64,000 bases of DNA from Camelus ferus (lineage: Eukaryota): assembly GCF_009834535.1 (NCBI RefSeq), contig NC_045707.1, forward strand, positions 57,786,001 to 57,850,000, read 5' to 3'. A program made the position numbers and the translations under genes. Below the pieces are notes generated by a model. It was not told where the DNA came from. It did no database searches and worked only from the letters and a program-made list of their open reading frames with translations. This document shows positions 12,264-24,049 of the stretch, piece by piece (within the stretch, counting starts at the first letter, position 1; each line of letters starts with the position of its first letter).

Positions 12264-12453
12264 CACAAAGTCCTTCTGTGGAAGATGACAGGTTAAACTG
12301 AGAGCCAAAATGAATGTCTATGATCCCGGTAAGATGAGCCCACTTCACGATGAGTCCAGCTGGAGTAGTTATCACATACATTGAACCAGAATCCTCTATG
12401 GACAGATCTTGATTTGAGAAGGGCAAAGGCACAACAAGAGAATCCACTTCTAC
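12264..12453 (-). CDS. OTOGL: OTOGL exon (190 nt, phase 0-1): VEVDSLVVPLPFSNQDLSIEDSG...SSSTEGLC
   Basis: attttag|GTAGAA...CTTTGTG|gtgagc; overlaps ORF 12106..12447. Confidence 0.96.
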
Positions 12454-14474
12454 CTAAAATTATATGATGCATGCACACCTATCAGAAGGTTTATGTTTAA
12501 AGGTACACTCATTAAGATTAGGAGGATTCAGATAATTCTATTTCTTTTGGTTTAATATAATCTATTTTCAAATGTTTAAAAATTTATTTCTCTACTGCCA
12601 CAGTTCCTCATAATTCCTCAGTTCTCTTTTTGCTTTCTCGCTGTCTTGCTATATTCAGTATTTGTTCTCACCTCATTGCCCCTTATTTTCTTCAAAGCTT
12701 AAATTTCTTCTAAGTTACATACGCTTTTTTTGTCTGTTTCCCCCAGTACATGTTGATTATACCATCACCTCCTAATACAAATTTAAGGTAATAAAGTTTT
12801 TTTTCCAGGATGTTTTCTTTAATCTGAGTTCTCTCTTTGATCTTCTTAATCAGTGTTTAAATATAATGTTCATAACAACCATCTGTGAAGCTCAGTAAAG
12901 ATTAAGAGTCCCAGAAATTCTACTTCCAAGGTTTGGATTGGATTCTAGATTTTTTATTTTTCATGTGGCTCCTTGGTAATGCTAATACAGGTAAGTCAAG
13001 GATTTTGCTGTGAAACAGTTCTTTAAATAACAACAATGACATGGAACTGTGAGCTGTAACCAGCAGTAAATTTCTCAGAGTTATACCTGACTAACCATCC
13101 AATTTCTCATCTTTATAACTTCCTCACACTGCCACCCTCAAGCTGAACATCCTTCTTTGCCTGGTTAATTTCTACTCATTCTTTAAGATTTATCTTAGGT
13201 GTCACATCCCCCCAAATATTTATTTGACCTTCTGATAAGCTGCGTGTAAAAGACCCTCATCTCTCTCCCCGACAGCTTGGTCATCATTCTATCACTACCC
13301 CTCCTACAGCCTTCTAATTGGCAGATAATTACAGTTATGCACCTCACACACAACTCCAAGTTACTTGAGATCAGGACCTGTATCATTTTATCACATAAAC
13401 TCTCACTAAATGATTTTTTAAGTTAATAAGTTTTCTGCTGAATACATGACCAACCGTGAATTCAGCTGAGGCCAAAAAATAAGCCCTTCTATCCAAATGC
13501 TCACAGCAATAGCACTGACCAGGTCTGAGTTCAAATTTATTTCCCACCCACCTCCTGTTAATATATCAGCCTCATTCAAATCAAGGAGATACATAGACAT
13601 TCTTTCTTCCAAAAAAGTAGCACATTCATATATTTTACGTTTGACTTAAAATTAAGCTTTCTAACACCTTTCTGTATTTTAGGCTCACGTTAACACTGTT
13701 TCCAGCCTAGAACCTATGGCCTGTGCCAACAGACAGAATTATTTCCAGAAAGCATATAACATCTCGGCCACTTTGAGCAAAATCTTTATACATTATTTTC
13801 TTATGTTTCTGAGAGAACTGTTTAGATCAGAGTGAAGCGTCCCCCTTAGAACTCACTCCTATTTGGTACACATGTACTCCTTGGGATAAAAGTTTTTCCT
13901 GTAAAACCTAATGGCTCCTTTCCAACTTTTTTTCTGATACATTGCTCTTCTTCAGTTTATTTCAATTAAGTTAAATGTTCCTTCATTTTTTTCTAACTTT
14001 AGCTATCACTTATTGACTGAAAAAGCTATGGCGTCGGCATTTCAAAACTACTCTTTCCATCTGTTCTTCTCCCTGTGGTCTTCTTTCTGGTATTCTTGGC
14101 TGCTACTCTTTGCAACCTTATGATCCTCTTTCTCACATCGTTTCCGCTTTGTCCAATTTGAAACATTAACATTAACTCTAACGCTAAGAAGCCTGGCCAC
14201 CTGCACTATGCAAGAGGGCTTTAGCATACTTAACATGGCTGTTTCAGTGAACTTCACAAGGAGAGAAATATTTGCAACAGTTGGCACGTTATGGTAAGAT
14301 ACACATAAGAGTATGAAACACCTTTTCAGACTGTCCCTGGAAAGAATGATTAGACATCATAGCAATGAAACTCCACAGATATGTTTAATCTCCCCTCTTT
14401 TTGGAAATAATTGAGTTTATGTAATTTCTTAACTTCATCTAACGTGAGGATAGGTTTTAACTTTGTGTTCCTAC

Positions 14475-14567
14475 CGTCCTTGCTGCCCGATTGATGAGTA
14501 TTTTATGAAGAGATGTGGTCAAATTTAACTTCTTAAAACAAAGTCCAGGGATTCTTCCAGAGGAAAC
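14475..14567 (-). CDS. OTOGL: OTOGL exon (93 nt, phase 0-0): VSSGRIPGLCFKKLNLTTSLHKILINRAART
   Basis: aattaag|GTTTCC...AGGACG|gtagga. Confidence 0.93.
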
Positions 14568-14660
14568 CTTAATTTGAAACAAAAATTAAAACTTCATGGA
14601 GTTAAACTTAATTTTAGCAATAAACAGAAGGAATTTACTAAACACTTTGCAAATACTCAC

Positions 14661-14684
14661 TAGCTTTTTAAACAAGTTTCCATT
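14661..14684 (-). CDS. OTOGL: OTOGL microexon (24 nt, phase 0-0): NGNLFKKL
   Basis: ttttttcag|AATGGAAACTTGTTTAAAAAGCTA|gtgagt; resembles the recalled human NGNSLKKL segment. Confidence 0.9.
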
Positions 14685-14927
14685 CTGAAAAAAGAAGCAT
14701 AAAGAAAAATTAATTTTTTAAAGGAATATATTACTTGACTTTTAAAAACATTATTTGGATTAATGTTATATACCTCTAAATGTATTTACATGGAACATGT
14801 TTTAAGAACCAGAAGATAAATCTCATTGAATCCTTGAGTTCCTTCTTACTCTGAGATACCTAATATTGCAACATACTTCAGCTACTAGATTTATGATGAA
14901 ATGACAAAAGAGTGGATTGTGACCTAC

Positions 14928-15070
14928 CTGATTCATGGAACATTTTTCTATATGAGCAACTATAATTTCCCCAGGAATTCTTACTAAGATATATGAAGCC
15001 ATACTATACAATGCTGCATTGTTTCCATCAAATGTAATAATGCTGAGTTCTGACAACATGGAACACCGAC
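14928..15070 (-). CDS. OTOGL: OTOGL exon (143 nt, phase 1-0), start of last vWD domain: RCSMLSELSIITFDGNNAAL...IEKCSMNQ
   Basis: ttttttag|GTCGGT...AATCAG|gtaggt. Confidence 0.96.
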
Positions 15071-15321
15071 CTAAAAAAATGGTGGAGAGTGGATTCAGTC
15101 CATTAACTAGTCATTTGTATTTGTAGAAATAACTGCTCCTTTTATATTAAACTTACTATGTTTGACAAAAAGTGACCCTAAAAGTTACATAATGGGGACC
15201 AAAATCATAAAACCAACGAAGAAAGCTCAACAATAACTGCCTTGAGGAGGTGATTGTTTCAAAAAGATAATACTCTTCCCCTGATGAACAACTGACTGCT
15301 GTGTAAGAAACGCAGACTCAC

Positions 15322-15499
15322 ATGGACATTCCCACTCAGGGCAGCAGATGTCGCTGTTCACTTGAACGGGTCTCCCCCGGAAACCACAGTCAGGCACTTC
15401 CACAGCCTTTGGGCAATGAAGAGACCAGTTGTACAACTGCCATTCCATATTGAGGCATATGTATTGGCTACAGTTATACACAGGATCAAATTGTTGAGG
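15322..15499 (-). CDS. OTOGL: OTOGL exon (178 nt, phase 0-1): PQQFDPVYNCSQYICLNMEW...DICCPEWECP
   Basis: ttaacag|CCTCAA...TGTCCAT|gtgagt; overlaps ORF 15227..15481. Confidence 0.96.
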
Positions 15500-15739
15500 C
15501 TGTTAATAAAAAAGAAAATTAATGCGGTTTTTTTTTTATTTTTAACAAATGCATTCAATTAATTTTAAATTTCCCATTTGCATTGCCTACAGTGTAGATT
15601 TCCTAACACAAAACCTTTAAAAAGATGAATGATTAAAATTTCACTACTATTTTTTGTCCAAGTAACTTCTCTAAAATAGTATGGACTTCATTTAAGCTTT
15701 ACCTTAATATTGAGTTAATATCAGAACTGCTGAAACAAT

Positions 15740-17015
15740 CTTTAACAAGGTCACCGATGCTCCACTGCTAAACCCAATGATCAATTCTCAGACCTAATCT
15801 ACTTTGACCCACTAAAATATTTAGTATAGCTAATTACTCCATCCTTTTTAATACTTTCTTTCCTTGGCTTCCAGAACATCTAAAATCGCCTCCATTTTCT
15901 CCTGTCTCACTGGTTAATCCCTTTTGCCTGCTTGTCATTATTTCTCAGCCTACTAAAATTGTAGTGGCCCTGTCTCTTCCCTCTCTGCACTCAATGCCTT
16001 TGTGATCTCATCTAATCTCATAACTTTAAATACCATTTATCCACTAAGAATTCCAAAAATTTCATCTTAACTTGACTTCTGTCCTAAACTCCATTTACAT
16101 TCATCAGATCTGTATATCCATAGTCTTACAAGGCAAAACTGAACTCTTGAGTATACCCACACCACACCTACTGTTTCCACAATTTCCCTATCCTGACTAC
16201 TGCCAACTTTGTCCTTCAGTTGTTCAAGACAAAGATCTTGGAATCCTTAATGCCTCTTTTTCATTCATACCACGTCTAATCCTTCAGCAATTCCTGTGGC
16301 CTCTATCTGCAAAATAGATCCAGAATCCAGGCATCTCTCACCATCTCCACTGCTATCACCTGGTCCAGATCACCATCATCTGTTGCCTAAATTCCTGCAG
16401 CAGCCTCCTTACTGGTTCTGTTGTCTCTTTACATCCCTTTCTCAACACAGCAGCTAAAACAATTCTGAAAGAAATCAGAGCATACAACTCCTCTGCTCAA
16501 AAATCTCCCTTCACTTCCTGTGTCAGTTAGAATGAAAGCTACAGTCTTTACAATCATCCACAAGGCTTTACATAATCTAATTTATTTCCTCCTATTTTAT
16601 TCCACACTTTCTTAATGGCCTCCTTGTTATTCTTCTATTGTTTTAAGATGTTAGGTACTTTCTCTGCTTAGGGCCTTTTGGCTGCGGGGGCCCCCCTTCC
16701 TACAACTCTGTTGCCCTGGTTCTTTACATGGTTCAGTCTATTAACTCTTCAGATTTTTTGCTCTAATTTAACAGTCACTTTATCAGCAAGGATCAGGAAG
16801 GATCATTTCATTAAATATAGTTTTATTTCTCTCCTGAGCAGCAACCTCTAACGTTTTACATAACTTGGCAATTTATTTTATCTTTTTTCAGAACCCAGTA
16901 AAATGTAAACTCCATAAAAGCAGAAGTTTTTGCCTGCTTTTGTATTGTTTTAGCCATGGTACCTGTAGAGTTCCTGGCCAGAAATGGTGTTAATTAAATA
17001 TTGGCTGAATAAATG
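15740..17015. mobile_element. L2 LINE 3' portion, degenerate
   Basis: Typical L2 motifs: ggtcacc..tgctaaacccaatgatcaattctcag, taactttaaataccatttat, ccagaatccag..ctcaccatctccactgct; ends in aaatattggctgaataaatg. Confidence 0.75.
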
Positions 17016-17630
17016 GTTTATCAGAACAAGTGACATATCTGGAAAAAGAAGATAACTTCTCAAGTCTCATTTAAGACACTTACTAACTCTGGAATTCAAT
17101 GACTTTATCTTTTTCTTCTTTCTAATATGTCTTTGTCATCTTGCACTGTGCCTGCCATAAAGTAGCTGCTTAATAAATATTTTTGAATGCCTCACTTACA
17201 GAGATGCCCACATGAAACTATTATTATTATCATTAAAAGATTATTATTATTTAAAAATCATATGTAATTATTATTAAATTAATGCATTATCCAATTAATA
17301 AATCAATAAATAAAAGTATTAAATCACCACATGTAATTAATATTACACCTAATTATCACAATTATTATTATCACACAATTGTTCTTAAGGAATCATATTT
17401 AAGACTTCATTTGCATTTTGTTTTTTCATAGTGTGACCAGAATCTAATTAATAAGAAATATCTGACAGCTAAGGAAATACAATCATTAAAATGTAACACT
17501 TATTTCCTTTTAGCAAGGAAAGACTAGAGCATGTACAAAAAGGAGTCTAATAGCATTTGGATGGTGATACGGAAAGGTGAACAGACACAATAAGGAAACA
17601 ACTAACAGCTGAAGAGATTACCAGCCATAC

Positions 17631-17704
17631 CTCACACTCCAAACCTGTTGTTGGTGTTAGCATTTCAAATGCAGTGAAGTCTGATGGAGTAATCATTTCT
17701 GGAC
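17631..17704 (-). CDS. OTOGL: OTOGL exon (74 nt, phase 1-0): PEMITPSDFTAFEMLTPTTGLECE
   Basis: ccaacag|GTCCAG...TGTGAG|gtatgg; the donor is clear, but an in-frame alternative acceptor would start the exon at 17680. Confidence 0.82.
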
Positions 17705-17754
17705 CTGTTGGTAATAAAGGTATCCTCTCCATTAGTGCAATGGTATCGATCATA

Positions 17755-17968
17755 TATAAAATTCACTTGTGATAGAAACCATGCTAAGAAATTTTACATA
17801 GATTATTTCAATTAATGTTTGCAAGAACCCCGTGAAGTAGAAAATAATATAATTGTCATTTCATAGATAAGGAAAGTAAGGTGTAGACAGGTAAGCTACT
17901 AAGTGTCAGAGGCAGAATTCAAACTTGGGAAATCTGATTCCAGAGTCCTGGCTTTTAATCACCATTCT
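17755..17968. mobile_element. MIR SINE
   Basis: Core catttcatagataaggaaagtaagg...aagtgtcagaggcagaattcaaac...tctgattccagagtcctggcttttaatcac. Confidence 0.75.
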
Positions 17969-18311
17969 ATAAACATCTTCATTGCCCTGACGGTGTCAAC
18001 AATCATTTAAACAGGTCGAAATATCAATGTTAACACTACAGATTGCTCAGGAGTTACATTTCATTGCATTTTTAATGTAAGTAGTGAGGCTGATTCATTT
18101 CCCTGGTGAATCTCTAGAATGTGTTCCTTGTAAGCAGAATAGATGGATCTGTGAACCACATGGAGGGACCACTTGGAGACCCCACTGGTGGGTGCGGTGA
18201 AGGCGTGATGTATGGAAAGAGAAAGTATGGCTTATAAACGTTTGTAAGATACCTTCCGAAGAGACAAAAATGAAATTTTGCCCAGCTGTAATTGCAATGT
18301 CCATCTTTCTA

Positions 18312-18848
18312 AATTAGTTTCTTAATGGCTGCTGTAACAAATTACTACAAATTTAGTGGCTTAAAATATCATCAAATTATTATCTTGTGGTTCTGAAAGT
18401 CAGAAGTCCAAAAACCAAGGTATCAGCAGGGCTGCATATCATCCGGAGGCTCTATGGGAGAATCTGTTTCTGTGCTTTTTCCAAATATGAATTGCCTGGA
18501 TACCTTGGCTCATGGTTCCTTCTGTCATCTTCAGAGCCACAGAATAACATCTTCAAATCTCAGTCGCTCTCACTCTCTCTTTCTGCCTCCCTCCCTCTTC
18601 CTTCCTCCCTGCTGATTCTGACATCTGACATGTGTTACCTTCTCTGACTCTGACTCTCTGCCCTCTCTATTATAAGGACCCTTGTGATTACACGGGGCTC
18701 ACATGGATAATCCAGGAGAGCTTCCCCATCTCAAAATTCTTAACTTCATCACATCTGCAAAGTCCCTTAAGCATGTAAGGTCTCATATTCACAAATTCTG
18801 GGGATTAAGACATGGGTATCTTTGGAGGGCCATTACTCAGCCTACCAT
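18312..18848. mobile_element. MLT1-family (MaLR) solo LTR
   Basis: attagtttc..ggctgctgtaacaaattactacaaatttagtggcttaaa ... ataaggacccttgtgattac ... ggccattactcagcctacca. Confidence 0.88.
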
Positions 18849-19244
18849 AATGACATAGAGAAAAACTTCCTTTTTTTGTTAAATAGATTCTATAAATAAC
18901 CTTCATTTTGTATTTATTTTATAGTTTCTAACTTACAGAAAAGATGAAGTAGAACAAAAATTCCTATCCCCTGGTCCTATTAAGCAGTATTCATGATATA
19001 TTAGATATTGTACCTTCTAAAGAATATGACATTTTTACAGACAAATATCTTCATTTCCATCATCATAAATGTTTAAGCAAATAGGAGACAAAGTTCTAGC
19101 CCAGAGCAAGCACAGAGTCGTGGAAAATTTTGATGACTGGGGGTCTGAGTGGTCTTAGCAGTAAGAGAGTCCATTGTCTTCTAAAGTCATCAGTGGGTTA
19201 TAAGCCCTGTCTGGGGACAGAAATATAATAATCAAGCTATTCTG

Positions 19245-19810
19245 ATAACTATGGCTTTGTAGTAAGTTTTTAAATTGGAAAGTGTGAGTCCTACTTTGTC
19301 TTTTTTCAAGATTTGCTTTGGCTATTCTAGGTTCCTTGCATGTCTATATGAATGTAGGGTCAGTTTGTCAATTTCTGCAAAGAAGTAACTGGGATTTTGA
19401 CAGAGACTGCATTAAATCTGTAAATCAGATTTGGAAGTATTGTCATTTTAGCATTATTCAGTCTTCCAGGAACATGAGATGGCTTTCCATTTATTTTGAT
19501 CTTCTTAATTCCTTCAATAATATTTTGTAGTTTTCATTGTACAAGTCTTATACATCTTTTGCTAAATGTATTCCTAGTAATTTTTTTTTGATGCTACTGT
19601 AAGTAGAATTGCTTTTTTCATTTCAGTTTTAGATTGTTCATTGCTAATGCATAGAAACACAATTGATTTTTAGTACACTGGTCTTATGTTCTGCAATTTT
19701 GATGACTTAATATTATTTGCATGTTAATTAGTCCTATTAGGTTTTAGTGGATTCTTCAGAACAATTTGTATACAAGATTGTATCATCTACAAATAAAAAT
19801 AATTTTACAG
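19245..19810 (-). mobile_element. LINE-1 ORF2 fragment (L1M type), degenerate
   Basis: Antisense L1 motifs: gctttgtagtaagtttt..tttggctattctagg..gggattttga..gcattaaatctgta..tgcatagaaacacaattgatttt. Confidence 0.88.
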
Positions 19811-21357
19811 GGTAGTTTTCTTACCCCTGAGGCTCATGGAGTAAAATCCATCTCCCCTACATATTGACTGTGGCTTAAGTTGTTTTAGATGTTTAAAATA
19901 TACAGTGACTATTGATTTGGGAGGATAGTAAAGAATGCAAAGTAGTCAGCAGAATAATGAACAGTATAGCTCCCAGATTTAGTATGTGCAGTGTTATTCA
20001 CAGACTTATTCCTTCCATAGATCAAATGACATAAGGGAAGAACCCCCAGCCCCTCTCAAAAGATGCTTTAAACTATATTAAGTTCACTGATGTCTAAAAT
20101 TTCACAGCAGTGGAGTAATTCCTCTTCTCTACGATGGTAATAACAAGACCTCTCTCACAGCGTTCTCTTAAAGATTAAATATATGCAAAGTCCTTAGTGC
20201 AAGGCCTGACACACAGTAAATACTCAATAAATCGCAGCTATTGAGAGCAGTAATAATAGTGATGAAGGTAGTGAGGCTATTATTTGGAAGGTGTCAAAGG
20301 ACTTATTAAAAACCTCCAGTGAGTTCCCGTTGCCTTCAGAAAGAAAGAATCCAAGTTTCTTACCATGGACTATTTGTGATCTGGCCCCTGAAAATTGCTT
20401 CTACCCATCTCTGGGCACATTTCCCCAACACGACATGTTCAGGATACACTGACCTGTTTGGAGGCCCTCTGTGTGACATGTTCCTTCTCAGTCCAGGCCT
20501 TTGCACACACACACACTTCCTCCTCCTCCAAGCTATCCAACTCTGACCTTCTGCTACCCTACTGAGACCACGCCTCCAAAATAACCATACTGACCACACC
20601 TCCGAAATAAAACGAGACGCCTCGCGCTTACTGCTTGTACTCCCCCTATGGTAATACCACAGGAGCCCACAGACTATCAGCTGTTTTAGGGCTGGTGCTG
20701 TGACTTCTTCACTGTTCTCTCTTCCTCCCCACTTCCCACCCCCAGGGTCAGGACAGTGCCTGGCAGGGTTGACACTCCATTAAAGCTGGTCAAATAATTT
20801 TAAAAGAATAAACATCTAAATTTTCCTAAATGATAATCCCAAGAGAAATCATACATTAAGTTTGTCAAGCCTTGCTGAGCGGATTTATTTCATCGTTTCC
20901 TGAGGCAAATTTCATAGCGAGGGAGAGAAGCCAGGGTACAAGCCCAGAACAGCCCCTGCAGAGGCTGGGAGAGAACACAGGAATGGAAATAAAAGTTCCT
21001 AAAGGAGGACTTCATCTGCCTTAAAGTCTCTTTAGCGGCAACTTAATCACTGTGAAAATTTAATCAGGCTTTAGCAAAAGCTAAATTCCAAGGCAAAAGT
21101 GTGAGGGAAGTCCTCATTAACTGCACTAACTGAAATGGAGAGAGGTAGGCCAAGTGCAGAAGCCACTCACAGGAAGTGGCTTGTTGATCCAGCAAACAGG
21201 TACTTAGTGAAGCAAAGGTGACTGCTGGGCTCTCTAGGCGATGGGCCAGTACTAACACCAGCGGCTATGGTAAGTGTGCCAAGATTTAAGTCACATAATG
21301 CTAAGTGTAGTGTCTGAAGTTGTAACAATAACTGTACACCTGGGTAGAGAGGCTTAC

Positions 21358-21399
21358 CTGGTGTAAGGAATGCTGGTTCTGTGGGAATCAGAGGTATGC
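21358..21399 (-). CDS. OTOGL: OTOGL exon (42 nt, phase 1-1): (C)IPLIPTEPAFLTP
   Basis: tttgtag|GCATAC...ACACCAG|gtaagc; completes the terminal TIL cysteine. The donor choice is less certain. Confidence 0.85.
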
Positions 21400-21704
21400 C
21401 TACAAAGAAACAAAGACACTCTTCCTTAATCTGTTTTGCTTAAAGTTGAGGCCCACAGAGTTCATAGAGGGAGGCTTAGCTTCAAGGAAAATGTTTTGGG
21501 AGAGATAATTCAGGAGGAATGTTAGAGGGAAGACTTACAAGGTCTAGAAAGTAATTCAGAACAACAACTTTGAAAAGGACATTGAAGAAGAATCTTCTAA
21601 GGCTTACTGTCTGCCTAAAACTTCTGTTTATAATCACTTGCCATTAGAGAAAAAAATACAAGTTTTATACTTTTTGGAATAAATTAAATAAGGTTCACAC
21701 TTAC

Positions 21705-21784
21705 AGTCTTCTGGATAAACACATTTGAGGGTGACTTCGTCGAGGATCATATTTTTAGGGCAGTAGGGCAAGCATCCTTCAACT
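21705..21784 (-). CDS. OTOGL: OTOGL exon (80 nt, phase 2-1): [26 protein letters not shown]
   Basis: cgtaaag|AGTTGAA...GACT|gtaagt; TIL C-terminal half. Confidence 0.95.
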
Positions 21785-24049
21785 CTTTACGTGAAAAAAA
21801 ATTAAAATAAAAAAGTTAAAATACAAAAAATATATTGTATTTAATATATGTAACTAAGATACATTTCGCCTAAAATTCTTCTATTCTCTTTGTCAAAGAC
21901 AGGAGGGACCATCCTGAGTGTTTTTCCTCTAAGAGAATGAAGCCAAGGCAATGACTGAGATTACATCTTCTTTCTCGTCTGGTTGGGGTTCAGAGTCCAA
22001 TTTATTCTGATTCAAAGGACATAAATGTAGTCTTCATGTACAACCAAGTATTAGATTCATACATACAAAAGAGAATTAATGTACACATAGTTATAAAAAC
22101 ACTTGCTTATCTGCCTCTCAAATACACCAGCAAGCTATATTTTTAATATTTTAAAACATTTCAACTGCTTCATCTGTAAAGTAAAAATTTGGACCAAAAA
22201 TACTCAAGGCCCCTTCCCAATTCAGTATGGACTGAACGAACTTGACACTGGGGCACGTGTTGCCACCAGAGGGCACTTGTTTAAGGAAGGAAATCCAGAC
22301 AACACTTTAGAAACCAAGAAGGGCTCTTTCTCTTTTAACAGGAGACACTTCAGCCATCTCTTGGATGCCTCCTTTACAAATTGCTTTTAAACATTAACAG
22401 CTCAGCTCATATGACCAATTATTTATTTCATAAAATGAATTTAAATAACAAAACTTTAACCAGTCTATGATATTTCTATTCTACTCTAGACTCTGTCAAG
22501 CAAAAAGAAAAAGTGAGTTACTGGATTACTGGCAATACTGGTGCCAGTGAGTTATTATTAAATAAACATCATTTTTTATGCAGTTCAATTATTTTGCCAT
22601 TGTTTTATGCTAGTCAAAACCACAGCTATCCTCTTAAAATACTTTCCAAAAACTAGTAACCTGTTCCTTAAAAATGCCTTCATGGTTGCACATAGTAGGA
22701 TCCTCTTTATTTCATCATATAACTGGTAAACAAGTCAACTTCTGACTGATGAAGATGCCTCTGATGCAGAACGATTCTTACGACAGGTTTATTACATAAT
22801 GGGAATAGCTCTATTTACGTACAGGCTCCGTGGTATGCTAGCTGGCATCTTTTCTCACAGAAGTTCTCATTTCCACTAGATATTTTTATTTTCAACGCTT
22901 GCAATGTGCCAGAAACTGAAATCATCTAGAAGAAGTCTGGTGGTTCTATTGGGGTCTTGGGGGAGGGGTGCAGGGCTATGCTGACACCCCAACTCAGTAC
23001 TTGCGTCTCCCCTCAGGGCTGCTAGGACAAGGAGGAGCCACAGGGAGGGGCCTCGGCATGGGGAGAGGGGAGAAGTAGAAAGGAGAGAGTGACGAAGATG
23101 GAGATGAGAAACAGTTTGGCTGGAGTGAAGCTTCCTCCTGAATCTCTCCTCTGCATTCCAACCATACCAAAAAAGAAACTTCGGGGAGCTACAGACCACA
23201 CAGTGGAAGCACTGACGATCTGGGTTCCACCACCCTGGAGGCTGGGTATGCCACAAGAACGAAACTAGCCAAATGCCACTACAAAATACGGCTCCATTTC
23301 CTCCAGGGGCCAGGGCTGGCCACACCTCTCTCCCTTCCTTCCTCTCCCACACTCTCTCCTCCTTGCTACGGGGCCCCTGTTATTTCTCCTCCTCCTGCTG
23401 ACTCCCTGAGAGACCAGAAATAGGTTTGTGAATGTGATGAGTCCAAGTGAATGGAAGATTTCTTCCCAGAAAGAATTGGTTGGTTTTAATTTTTAAGAAA
23501 ATAAACAGAAATATTTCCTTTCTCTCTGTTCCCATAGCACTTGTGATCCAACAGGATGGAGTTGTGCAAAGCTCTGGCTCTGCTGTGTGGTCTAGGGCAC
23601 ACTGCTTCATTTCTCTGTGCCTTGGTTTGCTTTCCCTTCTGAAAGTGGGAACAATGAGATAACTGATCATACAGCACTTAGCACACAGTGTGTGTCACGC
23701 TGTGAAGACTTCGAGGTGCTAACTGTGGTGGTGGTTATTTCTCTAGCCCCCTTCCCACCGCATTGTCAATGATCTGCGTTTGTTTCTGTCTTCTTCTGAA
23801 AGACTCTGAGCTCCTTGAAAGAGAGGCTGTGTCTCATTTATTCATATGCCAGAACCTTTTTAGTGCCTGTGTTTGTCATGGAATAGAAGCTCATAAACGA
23901 CTACTGGAAAATGATCCTTTTAAAAATATCCCCTCCTCCTGCTGCTGCATTTCTCTGTCTCTTTCACAGCAAAGCTCCTTCAATAAAACAAACAAAAAAA
24001 AAGGAGCTATTACACTGCCTGTCTCCATTTTGTCTCTTTCTAATCTCCA

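Noticed and set aside
21166..21171. Strong-looking donor CCT|gtgagt at the end of the read-through frame of the 42-nt exon
   Set aside because: It would exit in phase 2, incompatible with the phase-1 downstream acceptors.
22876..23352. Longest non-exonic ORF (158 aa, minus strand)
   Set aside because: The flanking exons join in frame without it (FLP-P-VEGC). It has no domain-like pattern and lies in a GC-richer, probably repeat-derived patch.
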